Source: a virus
Lineage: Duplodnaviria > Caudoviricetes
DNA: 61,254 bases
IMG/VR virus record: IMGVR_UViG_3300023440_000007
Location: 1 to 61,254 of that record
Strand: one strand, 5' to 3'
Below the pieces are notes generated by a model that saw nothing but the letters and a program-made list of their open reading frames with translations, did not search any database and was not told where the DNA came from. The position numbers were made by a program, and so were the translations under genes. This document shows, piece after piece, positions 26,596-35,377 of this stretch (the first letter of the stretch is position 1; each line of letters starts with the position of its first letter).

Positions 26596-26816
26596 TAAGA
26601 ACCATTCTGTACTGTACGATCGCTGCTGGACTCACAGTAGTCGGGTTCTTCTGGGGACTCTATCTCCTATTGGAGAACCTGGATAAAGTAGTGAAGTAGT
26701 GATCATTATTCAAACTCGGCCACAGAAATGTGGCCATTCTTTTATCCATTTCATGCAGTGCAACATGAAAAGGAGGAATGGAGAGACCATACATCAAAAG
26801 ATGAGGAGAAAAACAA

Positions 26817-27818
26817 ATGAAGCATGGTTGGAAGTATTCCCCATACCGGATTGTGCGTGAAGGAACACGTCACTTCGGCGTGGGAACATGCGAAGAGTGT
26901 GGATTTGAAGTGAAGATCGGACTCTCAAAGAACTTGCCCAGAAATGTAATGATGGAAAAGTTCGCCCAGAAGGGTCTGTTTCCTTCACACAATATCCCCA
27001 CCAAGAAAGCGAAGTTCAGAACTGGGGAGTATCCCCCATTCATCTGCAAATCTTGTGAAGACAAGAGGAAGCAGAAGAACGTCGCTATTCAGAAACCTCA
27101 AAAGGAGGAGACAATGACTACTTTCCCGCAAGGAAAGGACCTGGTTGTGTACATGTCCATCACGTCTCCTGCTGCTCGCAGTGTGTACCACAGGGTCAAC
27201 TTCGCCCTTGATAGAGACGAGTGGGAGAAGATGGGAAGTCCGAAATTCGCCAGGATCCTGATAGGAGAAAACGGACATACCATTAAGGATACCTCCAAGC
27301 TGATCATTCAGTTCACTTCGGAGGGAAACGGAAAGTCCGTTCCTGGGTATAGGACGCTGGCGATCGGAGACTACGATTACGGCAAAACCCTTAATCGTAA
27401 AGTCAGGTTCACGACGTCAGCAAGATACCTTCCCATAAAGGACGTGACCTGCTTATGCGGGGCGACTCCCATCAAGGGGACGCTTTCCTACTCCATGGGA
27501 AACAAGTACCGACAGTTCGTTTCCAATGACAACTTCGTCGGAATCAAGAACTCTCTCATGCAGAGGAAGCGTGGAGTTCCCAAAACCGGACTCAAGCCCG
27601 TATCCGCTGTCGGTAAGTTCGTACAAGTAGAACAGACCAGAAAGAAGAACTATATGAGTCAGACTGATCACTCATACAGTCTGGAAGACGGTAGAGTGAT
27701 CTGTGACATGCTGGAAGGCTGGGTCAAATGGATGCGCGGCAGAGGATTCCAAGTATCCCTGAGCGTTGATCCAAACAACCCTGACAAGATCAACATCAAG
27801 GCATACATGGACCTGTAA
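26817..27818 (+). CDS. Hypothetical protein with N-terminal Zn-ribbon-like CxxC pairs
   Basis: CEEC...CKSC; internal AAGGAGG-ATG at ~27114 may give a second start. Confidence 0.8.
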   Translation: MKHGWKYSPYRIVREGTRHFGVGTCEECGFEVKIGLSKNLPRNVMMEKFAQKGLFPSHNIPTKKAKFRTGEYPPFICKSCEDKRKQKNVAIQKPQKEETMTTFPQGKDLVVYMSITSPAARSVYHRVNFALDRDEWEKMGSPKFARILIGENGHTIKDTSKLIIQFTSEGNGKSVPGYRTLAIGDYDYGKTLNRKVRFTTSARYLPIKDVTCLCGATPIKGTLSYSMGNKYRQFVSNDNFVGIKNSLMQRKRGVPKTGLKPVSAVGKFVQVEQTRKKNYMSQTDHSYSLEDGRVICDMLEGWVKWMRGRGFQVSLSVDPNNPDKINIKAYMDL

Positions 27819-27825
27819 AAAACTG

Positions 27826-27854
27826 TTGCATTTCCTGTCCAGCCTCGCTAGTAT
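27826..27854 (+). promoter_or_regulatory. Sigma70-type promoter
   Basis: TTGCAT-17 nt-TAGTAT. Confidence 0.75.
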
Positions 27855-27860
27855 GTCTGT

Positions 27861-27990
27861 CGTGGAGTAAGCAACCCCCTTGCTAGCTCTGCTTTGGAGG
27901 AGATGGAGGGCAACCCTGGGGATCATCCAGTCCAACCTGTCCGGTTGATCCTTGTCATCACTACTCCATCTCCTCCAGCTTTTTCATTTA
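27861..27990 (+). ncRNA. Candidate sRNA with a C-rich loop complementary to the early-cassette RBS
   Basis: 5' hairpin AGCAA-CCCCC-TTGCT; 3' stem GGAGGAGATGGAG/CTCCATCTCCTCC followed by a U-tract; promoter upstream. Confidence 0.65.
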
Positions 27991-27999
27991 GGAAATAAT

Positions 28000-29290
28000 C
28001 AATCTATTCAGTCTTTCAGATAACGGTTCCGTGAACAGGATCAGCTCTAAGACACCCAAAATATGGACTGATCGTCCATCAGCGATAAGGATCCTGTTCG
28101 AACGAGATGATCTCCGTCATGATTGGCGGGGATCTTTTTGTTCCTCCTACGGAGATTCTCAAATGTAGGAGACGGTTGACATAGCCTGACCGATGTTCCA
28201 TTAGGAACCGAGCCAGATTCGGCCATTTAGCTCTGCGGGGCGGTGCGCCGATGGGGGGCTGAGACAGGCATAAGGAGGCTGTCTCTATAGTTTCCATTAT
28301 AGAGACGGGAAAGTGACGAGGTGAAAAAGACTCAGGCATCATTGGTAGTGATGACCGTTTAGGGTTGCCTATGTTGCTCCCGTCGGTGGTTCTATGCGCA
28401 ACGTAGAGGCTAGACGGCCTGTAATCGTCTACAGCTCTTATAGAGCCAATTGCTGGTAGTTGTTACCAGCAGAGACCCTTGTAGGAGCCATAGACGATCA
28501 TACGACCATCTAGTAGAATTTTCTATGGCTGCCGCAGAAGTCGCTTCTATAGAGTGCGTATAGACCAGTGGATCTTGCGTAAAAGGTGACCGGCCGACCT
28601 ACCTAATCCCGCTGACTGTGTGTTAGATCGTGAGATATAAGTCGCATGTCTTTGCTTAGAGCTCAGAGACATGTTCCATCCTCTAGCCGCATCCTTCCTC
28701 CGGGGTACGGCTACGATGGTTAGGATGAAGTTCTCACCGTCTAGCTGGCAGCGTGGAGCTCTTCAATTCATCCATCACGGGTTGGGATCCTGATGGAGTG
28801 AATGAATCTACACGAGAAGATCAGCGGGTTGCATATCCCTACGGCGCTAATGTCAGTCAATCCCCTTAGCATTAGCTGTTTGATCCATCATCTAGGGTTC
28901 TTTGAATATTCCGGTATTGAACTGGATACTGATACTGGAGTATGAACCTTAGATGATGGATTGAATACTCTACTCCCTGGTAGGGGGTGGAGTGTGCTAA
29001 TGAGGGGGAGAGAGAAGTCATGAATCTACCACGAAATTAGCACACGACTAGAAATGGAGGGGGTGGGTGGCGGGTAAAGAATAACCGCTACTCGTAGAGT
29101 AGGAGAAGTCCTGCTCGTAGAGTAGGCCGCTAGGTAGGACCATACCTGTAAACAACATCTACGCTTGGGATTGGAGGCGTCTGGAAGGAGTGTGTCTAGA
29201 GAATGAAATGAATCTATGACTCAAGCCGTATTCAATTGAGTGGAATATATTTCTTAAGCTGTAAGAATCAGTCTCATGCGTTCAATGGGA
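28000..29290. ncRNA. ~1.3 kb hairpin-rich non-coding region; candidate large structured RNA(s)
   Basis: No credible ORF; long stems, e.g. 28883-28900 pairs with 28944-28961, and 28861-28876 with ~28996-29010. Confidence 0.45.
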
Positions 29291-29299
29291 TACTAGAAT

Positions 29300-29530
29300 A
29301 TGTGGGGAATACATAAAACCATGATGAAGATGGAGAAGATAGGGAATAAGATCTATTTCTATAGGAACAAGTATCTACCTGATTTGGAAGATCAGTTGGC
29401 CCTATATAGAATATTGAGGATTAATGTGAAGGCTCTACGTAATTCAAGAGAGCGGCAGGCATACTGGGAATATGTGATGTACTCTATTGAGACGTATAAA
29501 TCATATGAACGGCCTGGTTTGGACAGATGA
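29300..29530 (+). CDS. EG-x2-YW paralog family protein
   Basis: LRNSRERQAYWEYV. Confidence 0.7.
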   Translation: MWGIHKTMMKMEKIGNKIYFYRNKYLPDLEDQLALYRILRINVKALRNSRERQAYWEYVMYSIETYKSYERPGLDR

Positions 29531-29715
29531 TCATAAACAGGGACATACTTCCTGAAATGTTCAGAAATATCGAAAATATGTCCATCGTTGGAACCATAAT
29601 CTTCTATAATGGGAGAACGAGGGAGGGATGGAAGTACTGGCTTGCAGTCACTTCTAAGATCGAGGAGAGGTTCATTGAGAACTCTGAATCTATGGATCAA
29701 AGTGAATGGAGGTAA
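29527..29715 (+). CDS. EG-x2-YW paralog family protein
   Basis: IFYNGRTREGWKYWLAV. Confidence 0.75.
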   Translation: MIINRDILPEMFRNIENMSIVGTIIFYNGRTREGWKYWLAVTSKIEERFIENSESMDQSEWR

Positions 29716-29716
29716 A

Positions 29717-29860
29717 ATGAGCAGGTCTAGAAATAGAATCTCTAGGAAATTCGCCATTATCTATGACGCTTTGGACATATATAAAACCAGAGAGGGATGG
29801 AAGTATTGGTTTGATGTATCTGTAGAAATATTCAAGCTCATGGAAAGAGGGAAGATATAG
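29717..29860 (+). CDS. EG-x2-YW paralog family protein
   Basis: LDIYKTREGWKYWFDV; ATG at 29717 after GGAGG. Confidence 0.75.
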   Translation: MSRSRNRISRKFAIIYDALDIYKTREGWKYWFDVSVEIFKLMERGKI

Positions 29861-29862
29861 AA

Positions 29863-30078
29863 ATGAAGAGATTCAAAAGAATAGGATCAATAGAAGCAAA
29901 ATATCTGAGAATAGAAGATAAAGAGCTCAATAACAAAATACTTCGTCTATTCCAAAATGTGTTCTCATGGATGAGCGCTAGAGAGGGACGATTCGAAAAT
30001 TCGAACAAGCCGTATGATTACTGGTACTATGTCACAATGATTGTCAGATGTGACGGTAAATTCGTTATGAACGCTTGA
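29863..30078 (+). CDS. EG-x2-YW paralog (insertion variant)
   Basis: VFSWMSAREGRFENSNKPYDYWYYV. Confidence 0.75.
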   Translation: MKRFKRIGSIEAKYLRIEDKELNNKILRLFQNVFSWMSAREGRFENSNKPYDYWYYVTMIVRCDGKFVMNA

Positions 30079-30086
30079 TATAATCA

Positions 30087-30254
30087 ATGGCCTATATCGT
30101 GAAAGAAGTGATACGGGATCGGCAGCACAATCTTATATGGATCTATCTATTTGATTCCTTGCTCTCAAGAGAAGGACCTGAATATTGGGTAGAAGTCGTT
30201 AAGAAAATAGAAGATCTCATTATAGACGGGACTATACAGATCAGCGAATCATGA
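30087..30254 (+). CDS. EG-x2-YW paralog (55 aa, below the ORF-track cutoff)
   Basis: Hand translation: LFDSLLSREGPEYWVEV. Confidence 0.75.
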   Translation: MAYIVKEVIRDRQHNLIWIYLFDSLLSREGPEYWVEVVKKIEDLIIDGTIQISES

Positions 30255-30463
30255 ATAACTGCAACAGAGAGAAGAAATACAAAAGACTTGGGATCAAGCA
30301 TAGTTACGGAAACGGGAACATAGATAGGGAAATCCGTCATCTGTTCATTCGCATGTTTCCTTGGACTTGTGCTAGAGAAGGAATCCTAGATAAAGGATAT
30401 TCTTACTGGTGTGCTGTAGATAAATACCTCCAATTGAATGGAAATATAGTCAGGAATAGATGA
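30251..30463 (+). CDS. EG-x2-YW paralog (insertion variant)
   Basis: MFPWTCAREGILDKGYSYWCAV. Confidence 0.75.
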   Translation: MNNCNREKKYKRLGIKHSYGNGNIDREIRHLFIRMFPWTCAREGILDKGYSYWCAVDKYLQLNGNIVRNR

Positions 30464-30654
30464 TGGTCTATGTAGCCAAAGAAATGCTTGGATACGATGC
30501 GGGCCGTATGATTATGGTCCGCATATTCGATTCTGAGAGATCAAGAGAAGGGATCAGATACTGGATGGAGACTCTCTATAGAATAGAGGAGCTGCTTTGG
30601 AATAATGGACCGTCCCGTCGATATAAACAAAGAAAGAATGTACAGTCTGACTGA
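30460..30654 (+). CDS. EG-x2-YW paralog family protein
   Basis: IFDSERSREGIRYWMET. Confidence 0.75.
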   Translation: MMVYVAKEMLGYDAGRMIMVRIFDSERSREGIRYWMETLYRIEELLWNNGPSRRYKQRKNVQSD

Positions 30655-30715
30655 TGACAGGTCATGTTTCAATTTCGAATCTCCTCAAGAAGGCGTCTGA
30701 GCAAGAAGGTCTGAG

Positions 30716-30904
30716 ATGAAGAAATACAGACGAGAGGAATACATAAATAATTCATTTCTTAAGAATGAGATAGAAAGACTTTTTACGACTATGTTCAGCT
30801 GGAGGCGTGCCCAGGAAGGGATATGCTCAAATGAGCTCTCATATTGGGCATTGGTCTTCAGAGTCTTAATTAGATCTCCTAGGAATCGTAGATATACGAG
30901 ATGA
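30716..30904 (+). CDS. EG-x2-YW paralog (insertion variant)
   Basis: MFSWRRAQEGICSNELSYWALV. Confidence 0.75.
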   Translation: MKKYRREEYINNSFLKNEIERLFTTMFSWRRAQEGICSNELSYWALVFRVLIRSPRNRRYTR

Positions 30905-31125
30905 AGAAATACAAGAGAACTATGGATGAAGGGGAGGACACTTTAATCCCTCTTAAAGAAGACGAGTTGTTTATGCTGTTTGACCAAATGTTCATTTGGA
31001 AGTCTGCCAGGGAAGGATCCATAGACGATCATAATACATTCACGTACTGGAATGCGGTTATGAGAATTCTCCTATATAGAAACCATAGATTATGTATTGA
31101 GGACCATTGGGAGAACCATTGGTAG
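30901..31125 (+). CDS. EG-x2-YW paralog (insertion variant)
   Basis: MFIWKSAREGSIDDHNTFTYWNAV. Confidence 0.75.
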   Translation: MKKYKRTMDEGEDTLIPLKEDELFMLFDQMFIWKSAREGSIDDHNTFTYWNAVMRILLYRNHRLCIEDHWENHW

Positions 31126-31135
31126 GAGAATCATT

Positions 31136-31303
31136 ATGATTATAGACAAGATTGATGATGTCTGAGTGATCCCATCTGACGCGTCCTCTATCCAAGAAGG
31201 ATGGCAATATTGGGAAAGAGCGATGGACAGGGTTCTGTACATAGTACACAGTCTGTGCACAATACATAGAAAGGGAGGGAATTCGGAAGAGTTGTTCATA
31301 TAA
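31136..31303 (+). pseudogene. EG-x2-YW paralog with an in-frame TGA at codon 10
   Basis: AGGAG RBS; MIIDKIDDV*VIPSDASSIQEGWQYWERA. Confidence 0.6.
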
Positions 31304-31346
31304 GACAACGCTTTGATATTTGTATGGATATCCCTCTTGAACTCAG

Positions 31347-31577
31347 ATGCAGCGCTTAGGATATAAAGAAATGGGAAACGGCTTCATAGAGATATTCGAT
31401 GTCTATCGTCCTGTCACAATGGAAGCTAATATCTGCTATCTAATAAAGCCGGTTGGAGAAGAGGTCATTACTCTGGAATTTCCATTCGATATAGAGGATA
31501 CAAGAGAAGGATATATCTACTGGGCTAGAGCGTCGTGGAGCATATACAGATACTTCAAGGAAACACGAGGCAGATAG
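31347..31577 (+). CDS. EG-x2-YW paralog family protein
   Basis: FPFDIEDTREGYIYWARA. Confidence 0.75.
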   Translation: MQRLGYKEMGNGFIEIFDVYRPVTMEANICYLIKPVGEEVITLEFPFDIEDTREGYIYWARASWSIYRYFKETRGR

Positions 31578-31736
31578 ATGATGATATATGAAGGAGAACT
31601 GATCTGTTATGAAAAAGGGCCATGTACGATCTTCATAGATCTGTTCTCTGAGGAAGGTCCTCAATACTGGCAAGAAGTCTCTGTGAGGATAAATGAGATC
31701 TTGCGTGATAGAAATCAGGAAATTCTAGAGACATGA
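31578..31736 (+). CDS. EG-x2-YW paralog (52 aa, below the ORF-track cutoff)
   Basis: Hand translation: IFIDLFSEEGPQYWQEV. Confidence 0.7.
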   Translation: MMIYEGELICYEKGPCTIFIDLFSEEGPQYWQEVSVRINEILRDRNQEILET

Positions 31737-31948
31737 GCTTGCCACGACGTGGAGGACATTGGTCTTATATGCCGTTCGAAATCGATAACACTAAAGAAGG
31801 AACGGAGTATTGGATCTCTATCTCTAGAAGATTGGATGAATTAGTAGCAGATAAAATGTCCTCAGCCTTTCCTCACAGAGTAGAAAGATTCATCTCAGTA
31901 ATGCAGTATTCTGGAGATAAATACATATTTTACTGGGTTAAGGACTGA
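31733..31948 (+). CDS. EG-x2-YW paralog family protein
   Basis: MPFEIDNTKEGTEYWISI. Confidence 0.75.
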   Translation: MSLPRRGGHWSYMPFEIDNTKEGTEYWISISRRLDELVADKMSSAFPHRVERFISVMQYSGDKYIFYWVKD

Positions 31949-32179
31949 TTGGAGCAGACAAGAGCGATGGGCGATTATTACCCAATAAGATTCATGCCGT
32001 TTACAGAAGAAGATTCTATGGAGGGTAATGAGTATTGGGAAGAAGTCTCTGACAGGATTTCTCAAACTTCCGTATTTAATGTCATGCAGAGTATGAGTAC
32101 ATACGATAAAGACTTGGCTGGAATATTGATTTTTCCAGGAGCTGAAAGGATCCTATTTAGGGTGAGTCCAGTAAAATGA
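31949..32179 (+). CDS. EG-x2-YW paralog family protein
   Basis: MPFTEEDSMEGNEYWEEV. Confidence 0.75.
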   Translation: MEQTRAMGDYYPIRFMPFTEEDSMEGNEYWEEVSDRISQTSVFNVMQSMSTYDKDLAGILIFPGAERILFRVSPVK

Positions 32180-32379
32180 ATACATCAAGCACAATGTCTG
32201 TTATGCCATTCTTCATAGAAGTATCTAGAGAAGGTCCTAGCTATTGGTTTGACGTTTCTTGTATTCTTGATAGAGAGTTGTCTGACAAAGTAGTATCTGC
32301 AGATATGTCTTCAGGAATATACCTTTGCAGTTCTCCTAATGAGAATGGATATGTATTCTATGTAGTAGGGAAGCCGTAG
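32176..32379 (+). CDS. EG-x2-YW paralog family protein
   Basis: MPFFIEVSREGPSYWFDV. Confidence 0.75.
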   Translation: MNTSSTMSVMPFFIEVSREGPSYWFDVSCILDRELSDKVVSADMSSGIYLCSSPNENGYVFYVVGKP

Positions 32380-32381
32380 AC

Positions 32382-32597
32382 ATGAAACAAGATACAAGAT
32401 ACGTCCTATATCATCTATATGAACTATCGTCAACTGTTCCTATGGTCGATGTCATGCCGTTCTGTATAGAACATACCAAAGAAGGATCAGAATACTGGGT
32501 TGGAATTTCCAGTATTCTGTTTAGATCAGGAGTAACTCCATATAGGGTCCAATGTGGCGGTGAAGAATGGATAGAAAATATGGAGACATTCCAATGA
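32382..32597 (+). CDS. EG-x2-YW paralog family protein
   Basis: MPFCIEHTKEGSEYWVGI. Confidence 0.75.
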   Translation: MKQDTRYVLYHLYELSSTVPMVDVMPFCIEHTKEGSEYWVGISSILFRSGVTPYRVQCGGEEWIENMETFQ

Positions 32598-32785
32598 ACA
32601 TGCCGAAGAGCCTGATCCCATTCAGCGAACTTCCAAGTGAGAAGGAGATCATCCCAAGAAGCCTGGTTATATTCTTCAATTTCAGGACCAGGGAAGGCGC
32701 TGAATATTGGGTAGAAGTCAATAACAAGATCAAGTATATCTTGGAGAGGAACGTTGGAACAGAAGCAGATAGAAAAGCTTCATAA
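32594..32785 (+). CDS. EG-x2-YW paralog family protein
   Basis: FFNFRTREGAEYWVEV. Confidence 0.75.
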   Translation: MNMPKSLIPFSELPSEKEIIPRSLVIFFNFRTREGAEYWVEVNNKIKYILERNVGTEADRKAS

Positions 32786-32960
32786 TGCACTTAGACTAGA
32801 TAAGCTGTTGAGGGATGAGCCAATATTCACCTTCGGCAGGATCAAGTCTAATGGAGAATTCCCATTTATGGAGGGGTATGAATATTGGAAAGAGGTTGGA
32901 AATAGGCTTGCTAAGTACTGTTCATCCCAGCTTGGTAAGGAAACAGAGAATATTCTGTAA
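32754..32960 (+). CDS. EG-x2-YW paralog family protein
   Basis: EFPFMEGYEYWKEV. Confidence 0.7.
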   Translation: MEQKQIEKLHNALRLDKLLRDEPIFTFGRIKSNGEFPFMEGYEYWKEVGNRLAKYCSSQLGKETENIL

Positions 32961-32967
32961 TACAGAC

Positions 32968-33168
32968 ATGAGAGACATAAAATCAGGGAGACAGGATATT
33001 CTATATACTAATGAGAAAGAAGTATTCAATGTAGTCAGAAGAAATATAGATTGTTTTACATGGCTAAATTCTGAGGAATCTTATGATTACTGGAAAGAAG
33101 TATTCAGCAGAATGTATGGATATTACTACTGGAAGAGTACAGGAAAATATGGGCTTGTCTTCTCTTAG
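32968..33168 (+). CDS. EG-x2-YW paralog family protein
   Basis: CFTWLNSEESYDYWKEV. Confidence 0.7.
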   Translation: MRDIKSGRQDILYTNEKEVFNVVRRNIDCFTWLNSEESYDYWKEVFSRMYGYYYWKSTGKYGLVFS

Positions 33169-33349
33169 CTTATTAGAACGACACGAAATGATATCGAGCG
33201 GACTATGCGCATTTAGGTGGCACGGAACCATGGAAGGATTGAAATATTGGTCCTTAGTTGATATGCGTCTTCATGACTACGCATATCAATTAGAGATTCA
33301 ATATTATAATTCTGATAGACATGGAGAACATGAATGGAATTGTCGATAG
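33149..33349 (+). CDS. EG-x2-YW paralog family protein
   Basis: AFRWHGTMEGLKYWSLV. Confidence 0.75.
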   Translation: MGLSSLSLLERHEMISSGLCAFRWHGTMEGLKYWSLVDMRLHDYAYQLEIQYYNSDRHGEHEWNCR

Positions 33350-33504
33350 ACCAGAAGCTGTTGTTAGTTTTGATTGTTTCTATAGTCGTTACTATCAATC
33401 TGATATTCTTGATCTACAAGGAATATCAGACTGTGAAGATGTGCAAGACATACTTAAGACTCATTGAGGAGCTGAACAGAGACTATAGCAGAGAGTGATA
33501 TGTT

Positions 33505-34053
33505 GTGAATAGAAAGAAGGTAGACAAGATAATAGATCAGCTTTTCTATCTACAGAAAGACCAAGTCGAAGAGATAAAAGCTGCATGTGATCTTATTCTG
33601 TCCTCTGGAAAGAAGAGGAATATCAGTGAAGACCAAGCAGAATTCTATTCTAGGATAGTAGCTATCCTAAGAAAGAATAATGTTCCATTCATACCTACTC
33701 TGGATGGCAAGACTAGATCGCCAAAGATCAAAGGATTCTCTTATGAGAAGTTCGTAGATGCATACAATTCGGTTGTTTATTTTTCTGAACAATTGGATCT
33801 TCCAAGAAGAGGACCCAAGAAAATATTATGGTATGATCTTCTACTGGAGTGTTGCTGTAATTATATTCGTAGTAGAGAAGGGACAGTCGGTATAAAGTCT
33901 TTGCTTGAGTGTCTTAATGCCTTAGAAGACGTTATAGAAGAGTCCTATCCAGGATATATAAGATCTGGCCTTCTTCCCTCTATAATAAGGGATAGGGATG
34001 GAAAAGCTCTCAGAAAGCTTGCAAGAAAGTCTGCTGACTCTTCTATGTTATGA
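33505..34053 (+). CDS. Hypothetical protein upstream of the helicase
   Basis: 182 aa, overlaps the helicase start. Confidence 0.75.
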   Translation: MNRKKVDKIIDQLFYLQKDQVEEIKAACDLILSSGKKRNISEDQAEFYSRIVAILRKNNVPFIPTLDGKTRSPKIKGFSYEKFVDAYNSVVYFSEQLDLPRRGPKKILWYDLLLECCCNYIRSREGTVGIKSLLECLNALEDVIEESYPGYIRSGLLPSIIRDRDGKALRKLARKSADSSML

Positions 34054-35377
34054 CGAGAAGTCTGCGAAGATAATAAGAAATATAGCTTCCGTATCTCACT
34101 TCGATTCTTTTTACTCTCCTATAGTATCAAAGATCTATTCATACATAGATCAGTATGATTCTGTTCCTAAAGACAATACGATAGATCTATTTGATGATGT
34201 AATCTATGGAGACAATGAGGAAAAGGCGAGGGTATACAAAGAGCTGTTTATAGCTGTCGCTGAAAATTCAAGTTCTATATTCGCAAAATATCATCTAGAC
34301 AGACTCTCTGAGTTCATAGAAAGACAGGAGCTTAAGAAGGCCATCATAAAGGCTGCTCCATTATTGCAGTCTGAAACAAGGGAAGGACTAGAGTCAGCCA
34401 AAGCCGTAATATCTTCGAGTCTGAATAAGAAGCTTGAAATCTTTGATGCTGGCATAAGGCTTGGGGATGTAAGGAATTTAGACAAGGAAAATGAACCTGA
34501 ATTCGTAACCGGCATAAGAGAGCTTGATAAACACAGTGTCTGTCCAGACAGAGGACAGCTCATGACACTGATCGCCAAATACAATGCAGGTAAGACATGG
34601 TGGCTGATAAATATAGGCAAACGCGCTCTTATGAACAGGAAGAAGGTATGTCACATCTCATTAGAAATGTCAGACAAGATGATAGCGACCAGGTATTATC
34701 AGTGTCTCTTTGCTGTTTCTACAAGAAAGGAAGCATTGGTAATATCTAATTTCGTCAAAGATTCTGATAACAGACTTATAGGAATAGACGAAAATGACAT
34801 TCAAGCCAAAATGAGCTTTGAGAGCCCAACTGATGTGATAAAGCTCAAACAGAAGATACAGATGTGGGGACCTAGATTGAACAGTCTAGTCATAAAGCAA
34901 TTCCCTACAAGTTCCCTATCAGTCCACAACCTAGAAGCCTATCTTGATGCTCTTGAAGATAGGGAAGGATTCTTTCCAGACATATTATTAATAGATTATG
35001 CAGATTTGATGAAGCTAGACACGTCCTCTTATCGTTTGGAGCTTGGTCGTATTTATAGGGAGCTAAGAGGTATAGCCGTAAAGAGGAATATAGCCGTAGT
35101 CACTGTGAGTCAGTCTAATAGACAGAGTGAGAAGTCTAAGATAATAACTGGAGCAGAGGTTGCAGAAGACTTCAGCAAAATGGCGACAGCTGACGTTGTT
35201 CTGTCGTATAATCAGACAGAAGCAGAACAAAAGTCTGGTCTAGCTAGACTGTTTGTTATAAAGAACAGATCAGATAAGGGAAAATATGTAGTATTGATAT
35301 CTCAGAACTACTCTATAGGACAGTTTGTAATAGATTCCTGCATGATGTCTGATCATTACTGGGACTTGATTGAATAA
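33998..35377 (+). CDS. DnaB-like (SF4) replicative helicase
   Basis: AKYNAGKT Walker A, ISLEM, LLIDYADLM, VSQSNR, IKNR. Confidence 0.92.
   Translation: MEKLSESLQESLLTLLCYDEKSAKIIRNIASVSHFDSFYSPIVSKIYSYIDQYDSVPKDNTIDLFDDVIYGDNEEKARVYKELFIAVAENSSSIFAKYHLDRLSEFIERQELKKAIIKAAPLLQSETREGLESAKAVISSSLNKKLEIFDAGIRLGDVRNLDKENEPEFVTGIRELDKHSVCPDRGQLMTLIAKYNAGKTWWLINIGKRALMNRKKVCHISLEMSDKMIATRYYQCLFAVSTRKEALVISNFVKDSDNRLIGIDENDIQAKMSFESPTDVIKLKQKIQMWGPRLNSLVIKQFPTSSLSVHNLEAYLDALEDREGFFPDILLIDYADLMKLDTSSYRLELGRIYRELRGIAVKRNIAVVTVSQSNRQSEKSKIITGAEVAEDFSKMATADVVLSYNQTEAEQKSGLARLFVIKNRSDKGKYVVLISQNYSIGQFVIDSCMMSDHYWDLIE

Noticed and set aside
31163-31165. Stop-codon reassignment (TGA here, TAG at 6344)
   Set aside because: TGA and TAG end many conserved genes normally, and long genes are uninterrupted in code 11; the MTase break is a frameshift, not read-through.
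1094-33349. Diversity-generating retroelement as the source of the paralogs
   Set aside because: No reverse transcriptase in the window and no near-identical TR/VR pair differing only at adenines; copies diverge at all positions.
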